Shown in pieces: positions 27,372-35,358 of a stretch of DNA of 64,000 nucleotides. How positions within the stretch are numbered: the first letter of the stretch is position 1; every line of letters begins with the position of its first letter. A program made the translations under genes and the position numbers. Source of the stretch: Chloroflexota bacterium (GTDB taxonomy: Bacteria > Chloroflexota > Dehalococcoidia > Dehalococcoidales > UBA2162); NCBI GenBank assembly GCA_016190895.1, contig JACPPR010000008.1, positions 3,335 through 67,334 of the forward strand, read 5' to 3'. The notes beneath the pieces are model-generated. The model worked only from the letters and a program-made list of their open reading frames with translations. It was not told where the DNA came from and did not search any database.

Positions 27372-27536
27372 ATGCGGGGCATGCTGGATTTAGATAATGA
27401 GTTGAAAGTGGGTGCCGAGTTTTGGAACTTTCTGGGTGGCGAAGGGGCATACCAAGATTTGTTGGATTGCTTCGAACGGGTCGGCATCGAACTGAGAGAT
27501 GAAATCGATGAATACTTTTCCCGCTTTAATATGTAA
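27372..27536 (+). pseudogene. Short remnant ORF (54 aa), possibly the C-terminal fragment of a restriction-endonuclease gene
   Basis: The frame opens only at 27318, just inside the end of the 309-aa gene. The peptide ...VGAEFWNFLGGEGAYQDLLDCFERVGIELRDEI resembles what I recall of TdeIII-family C-termini (memory only, unverified). No RBS. Confidence 0.3.
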
Positions 27537-27556
27537 TCATTGGAACCCTGTCCTCG

Positions 27557-28540
27557 TCACAGCAGGATTGAAGCGATAGTGAAATAGATTGACACGCTGA
27601 GGGCGTCTTGAATTATGGTGCCGAGCGGGCCGCTGGCATTGGCCGGGTCCAGATTCATCTTTCTGAAAATGAGAGGGATTATCAGTCCTGAGAATAGAGC
27701 CGAGAGGGTAGAGCTGGCTACCGCCAGACCCAATACGAAAGCTATATTCGCCCGGCGATAAAGGATGAAACCGGTGAAGGCGATGATTATTCCCAGCAGC
27801 AAGGCGATGACCAGGACAATGAACAGATGCCTCATGAAATAGCGGCTAAAATCCAGCTTTCTGAACAGAGCGAAGTCACGTATGACGAAGGCTTCCATCT
27901 GGGTGCCGACAGCATCGGCGATATAGACGACCAACGGGATAAAAGCAGCCAGAACAAGATTGTCCTTGAGCGTCTGTTCATATTCTCCGATAATCTGAGC
28001 AATTACCAACCCGCCCAACGTCCCCACTATCAGCCACGGCAGGCGGTGTCTGACGGAGCGGAGCAGGGAAATCTCGAAGATGTTATCAAAGGCGAAATGC
28101 CCGCGGGTCACACCCGCCAGGTGCAGGATGTCCTCCCGCAATTCTTTGTATAAGGTTTTATTGATGGAATCGTGGGGAATGACGCCCAATAGTTTCCCTT
28201 GTTCATCGAGAACGGGCACTGCCTTAATGCCGTGCCTTAACGCCAGATAGGCTATTTCCTCGGGATGGCTTTTCAGGCTGGCGGTCACTAACGGCGTCTT
28301 CTTATGAATCGAACTGACGTTTGCAGATGGCGGATGGCGATACATTTCTTTGATGGAAAAGACGCCCGCCAACCTGCCCTCGGCATCCGAGACGTAGATG
28401 TAGTCTATCGTCTCGAACTCAGCTATGTGGGAAAGCAGGTAGGATTGTGTTTCACCGAACGTGAAGTTGACTGGAACCAGGGGTACTTTAGCGGTCAAGC
28501 CGGGAAGCCTGCGATGGGTGATTCTAGCTGACGTGGGCAT
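27557..28540 (-). CDS. mgtE: MgtE-type divalent cation transporter (CBS pair plus MgtE TM domain, no MgtE_N domain)
   Basis: 327 aa. Two CBS motifs followed by 5 TM helices with the DALSVSIYF-type C-terminus. Confidence 0.8.
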   Translation of the reverse strand: MPTSARITHRRLPGLTAKVPLVPVNFTFGETQSYLLSHIAEFETIDYIYVSDAEGRLAGVFSIKEMYRHPPSANVSSIHKKTPLVTASLKSHPEEIAYLALRHGIKAVPVLDEQGKLLGVIPHDSINKTLYKELREDILHLAGVTRGHFAFDNIFEISLLRSVRHRLPWLIVGTLGGLVIAQIIGEYEQTLKDNLVLAAFIPLVVYIADAVGTQMEAFVIRDFALFRKLDFSRYFMRHLFIVLVIALLLGIIIAFTGFILYRRANIAFVLGLAVASSTLSALFSGLIIPLIFRKMNLDPANASGPLGTIIQDALSVSIYFTIASILL

Positions 28541-28590
28541 AGACCTATCTTACCCAGACAAGCGGGCTTAGTCAAACGGCGTCAGTGTGA

Positions 28591-28675
28591 GTGTTTAACA
28601 ACGATTTGGCATACATACATTTATTTATTCTGGATACCGACTTTCGTCGGTATGGCGTAACGCGCTAAACAATCT
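28591..28675. repeat. GTGTTTAACAACG-bracketed element carrying the CTGGATACCGACTTTCGTCGGTATGG hairpin (right end degenerate)
   Basis: The left end is shared with 39502 and 52594. The inner hairpin is shared with 49045 and 54431. Confidence 0.6.
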
Positions 28676-28677
28676 CG

Positions 28678-29958
28678 TCAACTGCCTAGCGCCCGCTCAA
28701 TGGCTTTAACGGTCTTCTCAACGTCCTGGTCGCTGTGGGCGAGGGAGACGAAGGCAGCCTCGAACTGGGAGGGCGGCCAGTATATTCCTTGGGACAAGAG
28801 TTGCTGAAAGAATTTGCCGAAGCGGGCGGTATCGGCTTTCGATGCCGAATCCCAATCAGTGGGTTTCTCTTCAGTGAAAAAGATGGTCAGCAGCGAGGCG
28901 ATGCGGGCGACGCTCAGTTTGAGTTTTAACTTTGCGGCTGCCTCAATAATGCCTTCTTCCAGATTGGCGGAAGTCTCTTCCAGATGCTCGTAGACGCCGG
29001 GCTGGCTGAGGGCTTTCAGGGTCTCGATGCCGGCGGTCATTGCCAGAGGATTGCCGGAGAGCGTGCCCGCCTGATAGACCGGGCCGCTGGGGGCAATCAT
29101 CTGCATAATCTCTCGCTTGCCGCCGTAAGCGCCGACCGGCAGGCCGCCGCCGATAATCTTGCCGAGGCAGGTCAGGTCGGGCGTGATGCCAAAGACAGTC
29201 TGGGCGCCGCCGTATGCCAGCCGGAAGCCGGTGATGACCTCATCGAAGATAATCAACGCGCCATTCTCGCTGGTCAGGCGGCGCAGTCTTTCCAGAAAAC
29301 CGGGGTGGGGCGGCACCACGCCCATATTGGCCGCCACCGGCTCGATGATGACGGCGGCTATTTCGCCAGGGTTACTCTTGAATAGCTGCGCCACGGCTTC
29401 GGAGTTGTTGTAGGGAGCTACCAGGGTATTCCGGGCATAGCTTTCCGGCACCCCGGGGGAATCTGGCAGGCTGAGGGTAGCCAGGCCGGAGCCAGCTTTC
29501 ACCAGCAGGCCATCAGCGTGGCCGTGGTAGCCGCCGGCGAATTTGATTATCTTATCCCTTTTGGTAAAGGCACGTGCCAGGCGGAGGGCAGTCATCGTAG
29601 CTTCAGTACCGGAATTGACGAAACGCAGCATCTCCATGGATGGCAGGGCGGCTGAAATCATTTTGGCCAGGGTGACCTCGAGGGCCGTCGGGGCGCCGAA
29701 GCTGGTGCCCTTCCCCGCCGCCTCGCGCAAGGCTTTGACCACCTGTGAAGGGGCGTGCCCCAGAATCAGTGGTCCCCAGGAGCAGACGTAATCGATAAAC
29801 TCGTTGCCATCGGCATCGTACAGGCGCGAGCCTTGCCCCCGGACAATAAATGGGGGACTGCCGCCGACAGCCTTATAGGCTCGCACCGGGCTGTCCACGC
29901 CGCCCGGCAGGTATTTTTGCGCTTCTTCAAAGAGTTTTTTTGAGGTTTCGAAGTTCAT
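28678..29958 (-). CDS. hemL: Glutamate-1-semialdehyde 2,1-aminomutase
   Basis: 426 aa. Class-III aminotransferase with the PLP lysine context [15 protein letters not shown]. Confidence 0.93.
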   Translation of the reverse strand: MNFETSKKLFEEAQKYLPGGVDSPVRAYKAVGGSPPFIVRGQGSRLYDADGNEFIDYVCSWGPLILGHAPSQVVKALREAAGKGTSFGAPTALEVTLAKMISAALPSMEMLRFVNSGTEATMTALRLARAFTKRDKIIKFAGGYHGHADGLLVKAGSGLATLSLPDSPGVPESYARNTLVAPYNNSEAVAQLFKSNPGEIAAVIIEPVAANMGVVPPHPGFLERLRRLTSENGALIIFDEVITGFRLAYGGAQTVFGITPDLTCLGKIIGGGLPVGAYGGKREIMQMIAPSGPVYQAGTLSGNPLAMTAGIETLKALSQPGVYEHLEETSANLEEGIIEAAAKLKLKLSVARIASLLTIFFTEEKPTDWDSASKADTARFGKFFQQLLSQGIYWPPSQFEAAFVSLAHSDQDVEKTVKAIERALGS

Positions 29959-30083
29959 TTGTTTCTACCTTGCCCCATTGATCCCCCTCTCCGTGAGTGA
30001 CGAGAGAGGAAAGAAAAGCCGACTTTGGCCAATCGTGGGAACTAATTGGCGCGGTGGGAAAACTGAAGAAGCGGCAAACTGGG

Positions 30084-30515
30084 TTATCGTGAAGAACTGC
30101 CCACCCGAGAAGCTAGTTCAAGGACACTTTTCCAAACATCCTCAAGAATTTCTCGTAATACTGACTCCGTATCAACACCTTTTGAAAAAAGTTCACCCAT
30201 GACCCTTGACTTCGAATATTTGGACCTGAGACCACTATCGATAGTCTTCTTCTCCAATCGAGTGGCACTACGCGTGACATACACATCGGGAATTACCTTT
30301 AATAAAGTGCCTTGCTCGGTGTCAAACGCTGATATTTGGAGCCTCTTTACCAGCAATTCCCCTGAGGCAATCCCAGTTTCTTCACGTACGAGCCATACCG
30401 GTTCGTCATGGTACCACAAGTCATAATCAAGATGATGGTCCTTCGCAAACTTTTCTACTGCCCGTGACACTGTATCACCTATTCTGATTGGGACACGCAC
30501 CGGATAGTTAAGCAT
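30084..30515 (-). CDS. Hypothetical protein (143 aa), second gene of the inserted cassette and candidate immunity/antitoxin partner
   Basis: The RBS GGGAGAAAACA precedes the ATG, 39 nt after the upstream stop. I recognise no family. AT-richer than the flanks. Confidence 0.5.
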   Translation of the reverse strand: MLNYPVRVPIRIGDTVSRAVEKFAKDHHLDYDLWYHDEPVWLVREETGIASGELLVKRLQISAFDTEQGTLLKVIPDVYVTRSATRLEKKTIDSGLRSKYSKSRVMGELFSKGVDTESVLREILEDVWKSVLELASRVGSSSR

Positions 30516-30554
30516 TGTTTTCTCCCACTTTGATGGACTTACAGTCGCAAACTA

Positions 30555-30896
30555 CTAAGGCACTGCTAGCGACAACCACGATAATTCTTTAACCTCCACG
30601 GTTCCAGTGGTATACTGTTCAGTTCCCGAACCCGGTCTAATCTCGCTGCCATCTGCTCCTAAGATAGCCTCTACATGTCTATCTTCGGAGACACTCATGA
30701 CCCTTTCCTTAGGGATGATGCAAACAACTTCTACCGGCTTTCCTGTAATTGCTAGGCGTTTAGCTGCTTCAGTTCCCTTTTCGTACACTTGCTGTGTCAC
30801 ATACAACCTCCCGCCCTGTCCAGGTTTCAACTGCCCCGCAATTACGATTTCTTGTGCCAAATGCCTCGACGTATAATGAAAATAACAATCTGCCAT
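30555..30896 (-). CDS. Hypothetical protein (113 aa) with an HYT...LYVT pattern reminiscent of HYD1-type ADP-ribosyltransferase toxin domains
   Basis: The N-terminus FHYTSRHLAQEIVIAGQLKPGQGGRLYVTQ resembles the (L/F)YHYT...G.L.P......(Y)(L/V)T pattern I associate with Pfam Tox-ART-HYD1. Inference only. Confidence 0.45.
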   Translation of the reverse strand: MADCYFHYTSRHLAQEIVIAGQLKPGQGGRLYVTQQVYEKGTEAAKRLAITGKPVEVVCIIPKERVMSVSEDRHVEAILGADGSEIRPGSGTEQYTTGTVEVKELSWLSLAVP

Positions 30897-30916
30897 TTCT
30901 GCTCTTTCTTAAAGCT

Positions 30917-30945
30917 ATCTTAAAGTTTATTATCTAAGCTGTCAA
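30917..30945 (-). promoter_or_regulatory. Candidate promoter of the two-gene cassette
   Basis: On the minus strand: TTGACA (30945-30940), 17-nt spacer, TAAGAT (30922-30917). Confidence 0.4.
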
Positions 30946-30992
30946 ACTCGGTTTAATCCACTAGGCGACACCTTAGCTCTGCCCACTAAACC

Positions 30993-31973
30993 TCATTCCT
31001 CTTTTGACCACCGAGCCACGTCTTTAGCGTGGTAGGTGAGGATGATATCCGCGCCGGCGCGCTTGATGGCGGTGAGGATTTCAAGCACCACTCGCTTTTC
31101 GTCCAGCCAGCCCTGTTGCGCGGCGGCTTTGACCATAGCGTACTCGCCGCTGACGTTGTAGGCAGCCAGAGGATAATCGTACGTATTGCGCACCTGCCGG
31201 ATTACATCGAGGTAAGAGAGGGCAGGTTTGACCATAATGATATCCGCGCCTTCCTCGATGTCCTGCCCGGCCTCACGGATAGCTTCCCGCACGTTCGGTG
31301 GGTCCATCTGGTAGCCGCGGCGGTCGCCGAACTGCGGGGTGGATTCCGCAGCCTCGCGGAAAGGCCCGTAGAAAGCGGAGGCGTACTTGGCGGCATAGGA
31401 GAGGATGGGGATGTGCTGAAAGCCTTTTCCATCCAGCGCCTCACGGATTACCTTCACCCGCCCGTCCATCATATCCGAAGGAGCAGCGATATCGGCGCCA
31501 GCTTCCACATGAGAAAGCGCCATTCTTGCCAGTAGAGGTAACGTTTTATCATTGTCCACTTCTCCGTTGGTAATGATGCCGCAGTGGCCATGGCTGGTGT
31601 ATTCGCAGAGGCAGACATCGGTGATGACGATAAGAGAGGGTGCCGTTTTCTTCATAACCTTGATTGCCTGCTGGACAACGCCATTCTTCTGGAAAGCCGA
31701 TGAGCCGGTGTCATCCTTTTCTTTCGGGATGCCGAAGAGGAGCACGGCGGGGATTTTCAATCCGGCAATCTCTTTTATCTCGGCGGGGAGGCGGTCGGGC
31801 GAGAAGCGGAAGACGCCGGGCATCGAGCCAATCTCCTCTTTGATGCCTTTGCCCTCGACGACGAACATCGGGTAAATCAGGTCGCTGACATCGAGGCGGG
31901 TCTCGCGGACCAGCGCCCTCAAGGATTCGGTGCGCCGCATCCGGCGCAATCTCAACTGAGGAAAGGTTGCCAT
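30993..31973 (-). CDS. hemB: Porphobilinogen synthase (delta-aminolevulinate dehydratase)
   Basis: The start at 31973 ([14 protein letters not shown]) matches the canonical HemB N-terminus. The track start at 32021 lies inside the AT-rich repeat. Cys-rich zinc site [14 protein letters not shown] and active-site lysines are present. Confidence 0.92.
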   Translation of the reverse strand: MATFPQLRLRRMRRTESLRALVRETRLDVSDLIYPMFVVEGKGIKEEIGSMPGVFRFSPDRLPAEIKEIAGLKIPAVLLFGIPKEKDDTGSSAFQKNGVVQQAIKVMKKTAPSLIVITDVCLCEYTSHGHCGIITNGEVDNDKTLPLLARMALSHVEAGADIAAPSDMMDGRVKVIREALDGKGFQHIPILSYAAKYASAFYGPFREAAESTPQFGDRRGYQMDPPNVREAIREAGQDIEEGADIIMVKPALSYLDVIRQVRNTYDYPLAAYNVSGEYAMVKAAAQQGWLDEKRVVLEILTAIKRAGADIILTYHAKDVARWSKEE

Positions 31974-31993
31974 ATCACGACCTCCTGTCGAAA

Positions 31994-32108
31994 AGTTCAA
32001 ATGCCAAAGCTCAAAACCCAAATCAATGCCAAAAATCCAAATGACTCCAACATCAGGATTAAGGCATTTGAACTTGATTTGAACTTTGGATTTTGTAATT
32101 TGGATTTT
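31994..32108. repeat. Long imperfect inverted repeat of AT-rich CAAA-type arrays spanning the hemD/hemB junction
   Basis: The left arm 31994-32046 (AGTTCAAATGCCAAAGCTCAAAACCCAAATCAATGCCAAAAATCCAAATG) mirrors the right arm 32064-32108 (GCATTTGAACTTGATTTGAACTTTGGATTTTGTAATTTGGATTTT). Confidence 0.7.
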
Positions 32109-33624
32109 CTAAGTAGTATTCTTCTATCGCCTCAACAAGCGCCGGAATAGTCTGTTCCTTCGCCATAATATCAACCTTCAGTCCGGCTTTAACTGCGGTC
32201 TCGGCGGTCTTCGGCCCGATGCAGGCAATTCTGGCTCCGTTCAAGGCTACTGGTTGTCCGCTAAATGCCGACACGAGATTGGACACCGTCGAAGAGCTGG
32301 TGAAGGTGATGACATCTATTTTGCCAGCCTTCAACAACTTTTTAGCCTCAGTCATAGCTTCGGTCGCCGGCACGGTTCTGTAGACGGCGATATTATCCAC
32401 CGAGGCTCCCAGCTTTTCTATCCCTTCCACCAGCTCTTTGTCGGCGATTTCAGCGCGGGGCAGCAAAAATCGCTTTCCTGACACACGCAGTTTTTTCAGT
32501 CCCGCGACGAGCCCTTCATTTGTGTGAATATCGGGGATGAAATCAGGCTCGATGCCTTTAGCCTTTAACGCCTGGGCAGTTGCCGGGCCGATGGCGCCGA
32601 CTTTCAGCCCGCCCAGAGCGCGGCTGTCCAATTTGAGCCTTTCCAGCCTCAGCCAAAAGGCATCTATGGCGTTGACGCTGGTGAAAACCAACCAGTCATA
32701 GTCTTTCAAGTTCCTGATTGCTCTATCCAGTTCTTTGGGTTCTTTAATAGGGCTGATATCGATGGCGGGCAGTTCGACCGGCTGAGCGCCGCGCTCGGCC
32801 AAAAGCTGGCTCAGAGCGCTGACCTGATGGCTGGCGCGGGTAACCAGAATGTGCTTGCCGAAGAGGGGGCGGTTATCGAACCAGGCAATCTTCTCTCTCA
32901 TCGCCACCACTTCCCCCACCACTGTAATTGCCGGTGAGGTCAGGCGAGCTTTTTTGGCTTTCTTCTCGATATCCTGCAGAGTACCCGTAACCGCTGCCTG
33001 CTCCGGGTACGTGCCGTGGCTGATGACAGCTACGGGTGTGGTGGGCGGGCAGCCGAATTCCACCAGTTTATCGGCTATTTCAGCTAGGTTCCCCAGTCCC
33101 ATCAGGAAAACTAACGTGTCCACGCCGGTGGCCAGTTTTTCCCAGTTAATGCTGGAGTTGGCTTTGGTCGGGTCTTCGTGACCGGTGACAACGGCAAAAG
33201 ATGACGCCAGCCCGCGGTGGGTGACCGGAATGCCGGCATAAGCGGGCACGGCAATTGCCGAGGTTATGCCCGGCACTACCTCGAAGGGGACGCCGTTCTG
33301 CACTAAAACCTCGGCTTCTTCACCGCCTCTGCCCAGGACGAAGGGGTCGCCCCCTTTCAGTCGCACCACCGTTTTGCCTTCTTTGGCTTTAGCGACCAGC
33401 AGCAGGTTTATCTCATTCTGGGGTAGGGTGTGGTCGGCGGCGGCCTTGCCGACATCGATTCTTTCTGCCTGCGGCGGCGCCAGATTAAGGAGGCTCTCGT
33501 TCGCCAGCCGGTCGTAAACGACGACCTCAGCCTGCTTGAGGCAGTTAGAGCCTTTCACTGAAATCAAATCGGGGTCGCCCGGCCCGGCGCCCACCAGATA
33601 TACCTTACCTGTCTTCATCTTCAT
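32059..33624 (-). CDS. cobA-hemD: Bifunctional uroporphyrinogen-III C-methyltransferase / uroporphyrinogen-III synthase
   Basis: 521 aa. N-terminal SUMT ([18 protein letters not shown]) and C-terminal HemD domain. The last roughly 15 codons ([16 protein letters not shown]) are encoded by the AT-rich repeat. Confidence 0.9.
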   Translation of the reverse strand: MKMKTGKVYLVGAGPGDPDLISVKGSNCLKQAEVVVYDRLANESLLNLAPPQAERIDVGKAAADHTLPQNEINLLLVAKAKEGKTVVRLKGGDPFVLGRGGEEAEVLVQNGVPFEVVPGITSAIAVPAYAGIPVTHRGLASSFAVVTGHEDPTKANSSINWEKLATGVDTLVFLMGLGNLAEIADKLVEFGCPPTTPVAVISHGTYPEQAAVTGTLQDIEKKAKKARLTSPAITVVGEVVAMREKIAWFDNRPLFGKHILVTRASHQVSALSQLLAERGAQPVELPAIDISPIKEPKELDRAIRNLKDYDWLVFTSVNAIDAFWLRLERLKLDSRALGGLKVGAIGPATAQALKAKGIEPDFIPDIHTNEGLVAGLKKLRVSGKRFLLPRAEIADKELVEGIEKLGASVDNIAVYRTVPATEAMTEAKKLLKAGKIDVITFTSSSTVSNLVSAFSGQPVALNGARIACIGPKTAETAVKAGLKVDIMAKEQTIPALVEAIEEYYLENPNYKIQSSNQVQMP

Positions 33625-34537
33625 CTTCCCCGACTAATAGTTTGTCGGCTCCGGCAGCCAGCAGTCTCTTCGCCAGCCTCGTCCCAAGCTCATTCGCCTG
33701 GTTCACGCTGCCCGTTTCGGTGCCGCGCAACATCTTGTTGTCTTTCACATCGATGACCATTCCCTCGATTTTCAGGGTGTCGCCCGTTACAGTTGCCAGA
33801 GCGCCAATCGGCGCCTGGCAGCCGCCGGACAGGGTGCGCAGAAAAGCCCGCTCCGCGGTCATGCTGTACCAGGTGGGTGGGTGGTTGAGGGGAGCCACGA
33901 TTCTGGCGGTCTCTTTATCATCGGAGCGGGCTTCGATGGCAATCACTCCCTGCCCTACTGCGGGCAAAAAGTTCTCCAGGGGCAGGTATTCGGTTATCTT
34001 TTCCTCCCAGCCAAGCCGTTTCAGCCCGGCGGCGGCGAGAATAACGCCATCGAGTTCGCCGTTGATGACCTTATTGACCCGGGTATCGACATTGCCGCGA
34101 ATGCTAACCGTCTTCAGGTCGGGGCGGCGGGTCAATAGCTCGGCGGCGCGCCTCAAGCTGCCCGTACCGATTCTAGCGCCGACAGGCAGTTCCGCCAGTT
34201 TTTTTCCATTGGTAATCAGCACGTCTCCGGGGTAGGCTCGCTCCAAGACCGCGGCCAGTCCCAGACCGGCAGGGAGGTCGACGGGCATATCCTTGAGGCT
34301 GTGTACGGCCAGGTCGGTTCGCCTGTCGAGCAGGGCCTCCTCTAATTCCTTGACGAAGATGCCCACGCTTGCCACACGGTCGAGCGGGACATGATAATTG
34401 TGGTCGCCGGCAGTAGCTATGCGACTGATAGTTACATCAATACCGGGGTTCGCCTCTCTAATTCTGGCTACCACGGATTCGGTTTGAACCATAGCCAGCT
34501 TGCTACCGCGAGTACCGACAATAATTTGTTTGGTCAT
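33605..34537 (-). CDS. hemC: Hydroxymethylbilane synthase (porphobilinogen deaminase)
   Basis: 310 aa. IVGTRGSKLAMVQT N-terminus and the dipyrromethane cofactor Cys context LSGGCQAPIG. Confidence 0.93.
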   Translation of the reverse strand: MTKQIIVGTRGSKLAMVQTESVVARIREANPGIDVTISRIATAGDHNYHVPLDRVASVGIFVKELEEALLDRRTDLAVHSLKDMPVDLPAGLGLAAVLERAYPGDVLITNGKKLAELPVGARIGTGSLRRAAELLTRRPDLKTVSIRGNVDTRVNKVINGELDGVILAAAGLKRLGWEEKITEYLPLENFLPAVGQGVIAIEARSDDKETARIVAPLNHPPTWYSMTAERAFLRTLSGGCQAPIGALATVTGDTLKIEGMVIDVKDNKMLRGTETGSVNQANELGTRLAKRLLAAGADKLLVGEDEDEDR

Positions 34538-34566
34538 TTACTCTTCGTAAGTTTCCGCGGAATGCC

Positions 34567-34697
34567 TTAAATCCCTTAATCTCCCTTTACAAAAGGGAGA
34601 TGCCTGCTAGTTTGCCCTCTTGCCCGAGGTATCCCCCTTTGGCAAAGGGGGACTAAGGGGGATTTTGAGTTAAATCTTCTAGTTTCGCGGAAGACCC
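34567..34697. repeat. Composite AAAGGGAGA/AAAGGGGGA repeat between sirC and hemC
   Basis: AATCTCCCTTTACAAAAGGGAGATGCC...GTATCCCCCTTTGGCAAAGGGGGACTAAGGGGGATTTTGAG...TTTCGCGGAAGAC. Confidence 0.8.
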
Positions 34698-34704
34698 CTT
34701 CCTT

Positions 34705-35358
34705 TCACTCTTGTTCTGCTTTCAGGTTATTAAGTAAAGTAGTTTTAGCTGTTGTTTCATCGCCTTTCTTGATTAGTTCAAGAAGGCGGTCAAGGTCGAG
34801 GGCTGCCTGCCAGCCATCGCCATCGACGGTAATCTTTTGTTTTCTGACTTCGGCGCGGACTTCACCAATCAGACGGCCGAGCCGGGCGTACTCCTCGCCG
34901 AATTCTTTTTCCAGCACTGTGCGCAATTTTCGAGCCAGAGCCGGGCTTTGTCCCGAAGTCGAGATAGCAATGGTAATCTCGCCCCGCCGTATTATCGAGG
35001 GGGCGATGAAATCCGAGTTCCCGGCATCATCGACGACATTAACCAGAACCGATTTCGCCCGCGCCTCCGCAGCTACCTTCCCGTTAATTATACTACTATC
35101 GGTTGCCGCAATGGCAACGAAGACGCCTTTCAGGTCTCCCTTCCGGTATTCCCTGGGGACGAATTCTATTTCGCCCTTCTCGGCCAGGCTGGCTAGCTCC
35201 GGGCAAAGCTCGGGGCTGACGACCGTCACTTTAGCCCCGGATTCCAGCAGGGTGACCGCTTTGCGTAGCGCTACCGGCCCGCCGCCGATTACGACGCACT
35301 TCTTGTCTTTCAGATTAAGGAAAACCGGGTAATAGATTGCCGAGCTATTATTCTTCAT
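34705..35358 (-). CDS. sirC: Precorrin-2 dehydrogenase / sirohydrochlorin ferrochelatase (SirC/CysG-N type)
   Basis: 217 aa. Rossmann motif CVVIGGGPVALRK. ATGA overlap with the upstream 885-aa gene. Confidence 0.85.
   Translation of the reverse strand: MKNNSSAIYYPVFLNLKDKKCVVIGGGPVALRKAVTLLESGAKVTVVSPELCPELASLAEKGEIEFVPREYRKGDLKGVFVAIAATDSSIINGKVAAEARAKSVLVNVVDDAGNSDFIAPSIIRRGEITIAISTSGQSPALARKLRTVLEKEFGEEYARLGRLIGEVRAEVRKQKITVDGDGWQAALDLDRLLELIKKGDETTAKTTLLNNLKAEQE

Noticed and set aside
28541-28677. Mg2+ riboswitch (M-box) upstream of the mgtE-like gene
   Set aside because: Only about 137 nt are available, and they are occupied by a repeat element. None of the M-box conserved stretches is visible.
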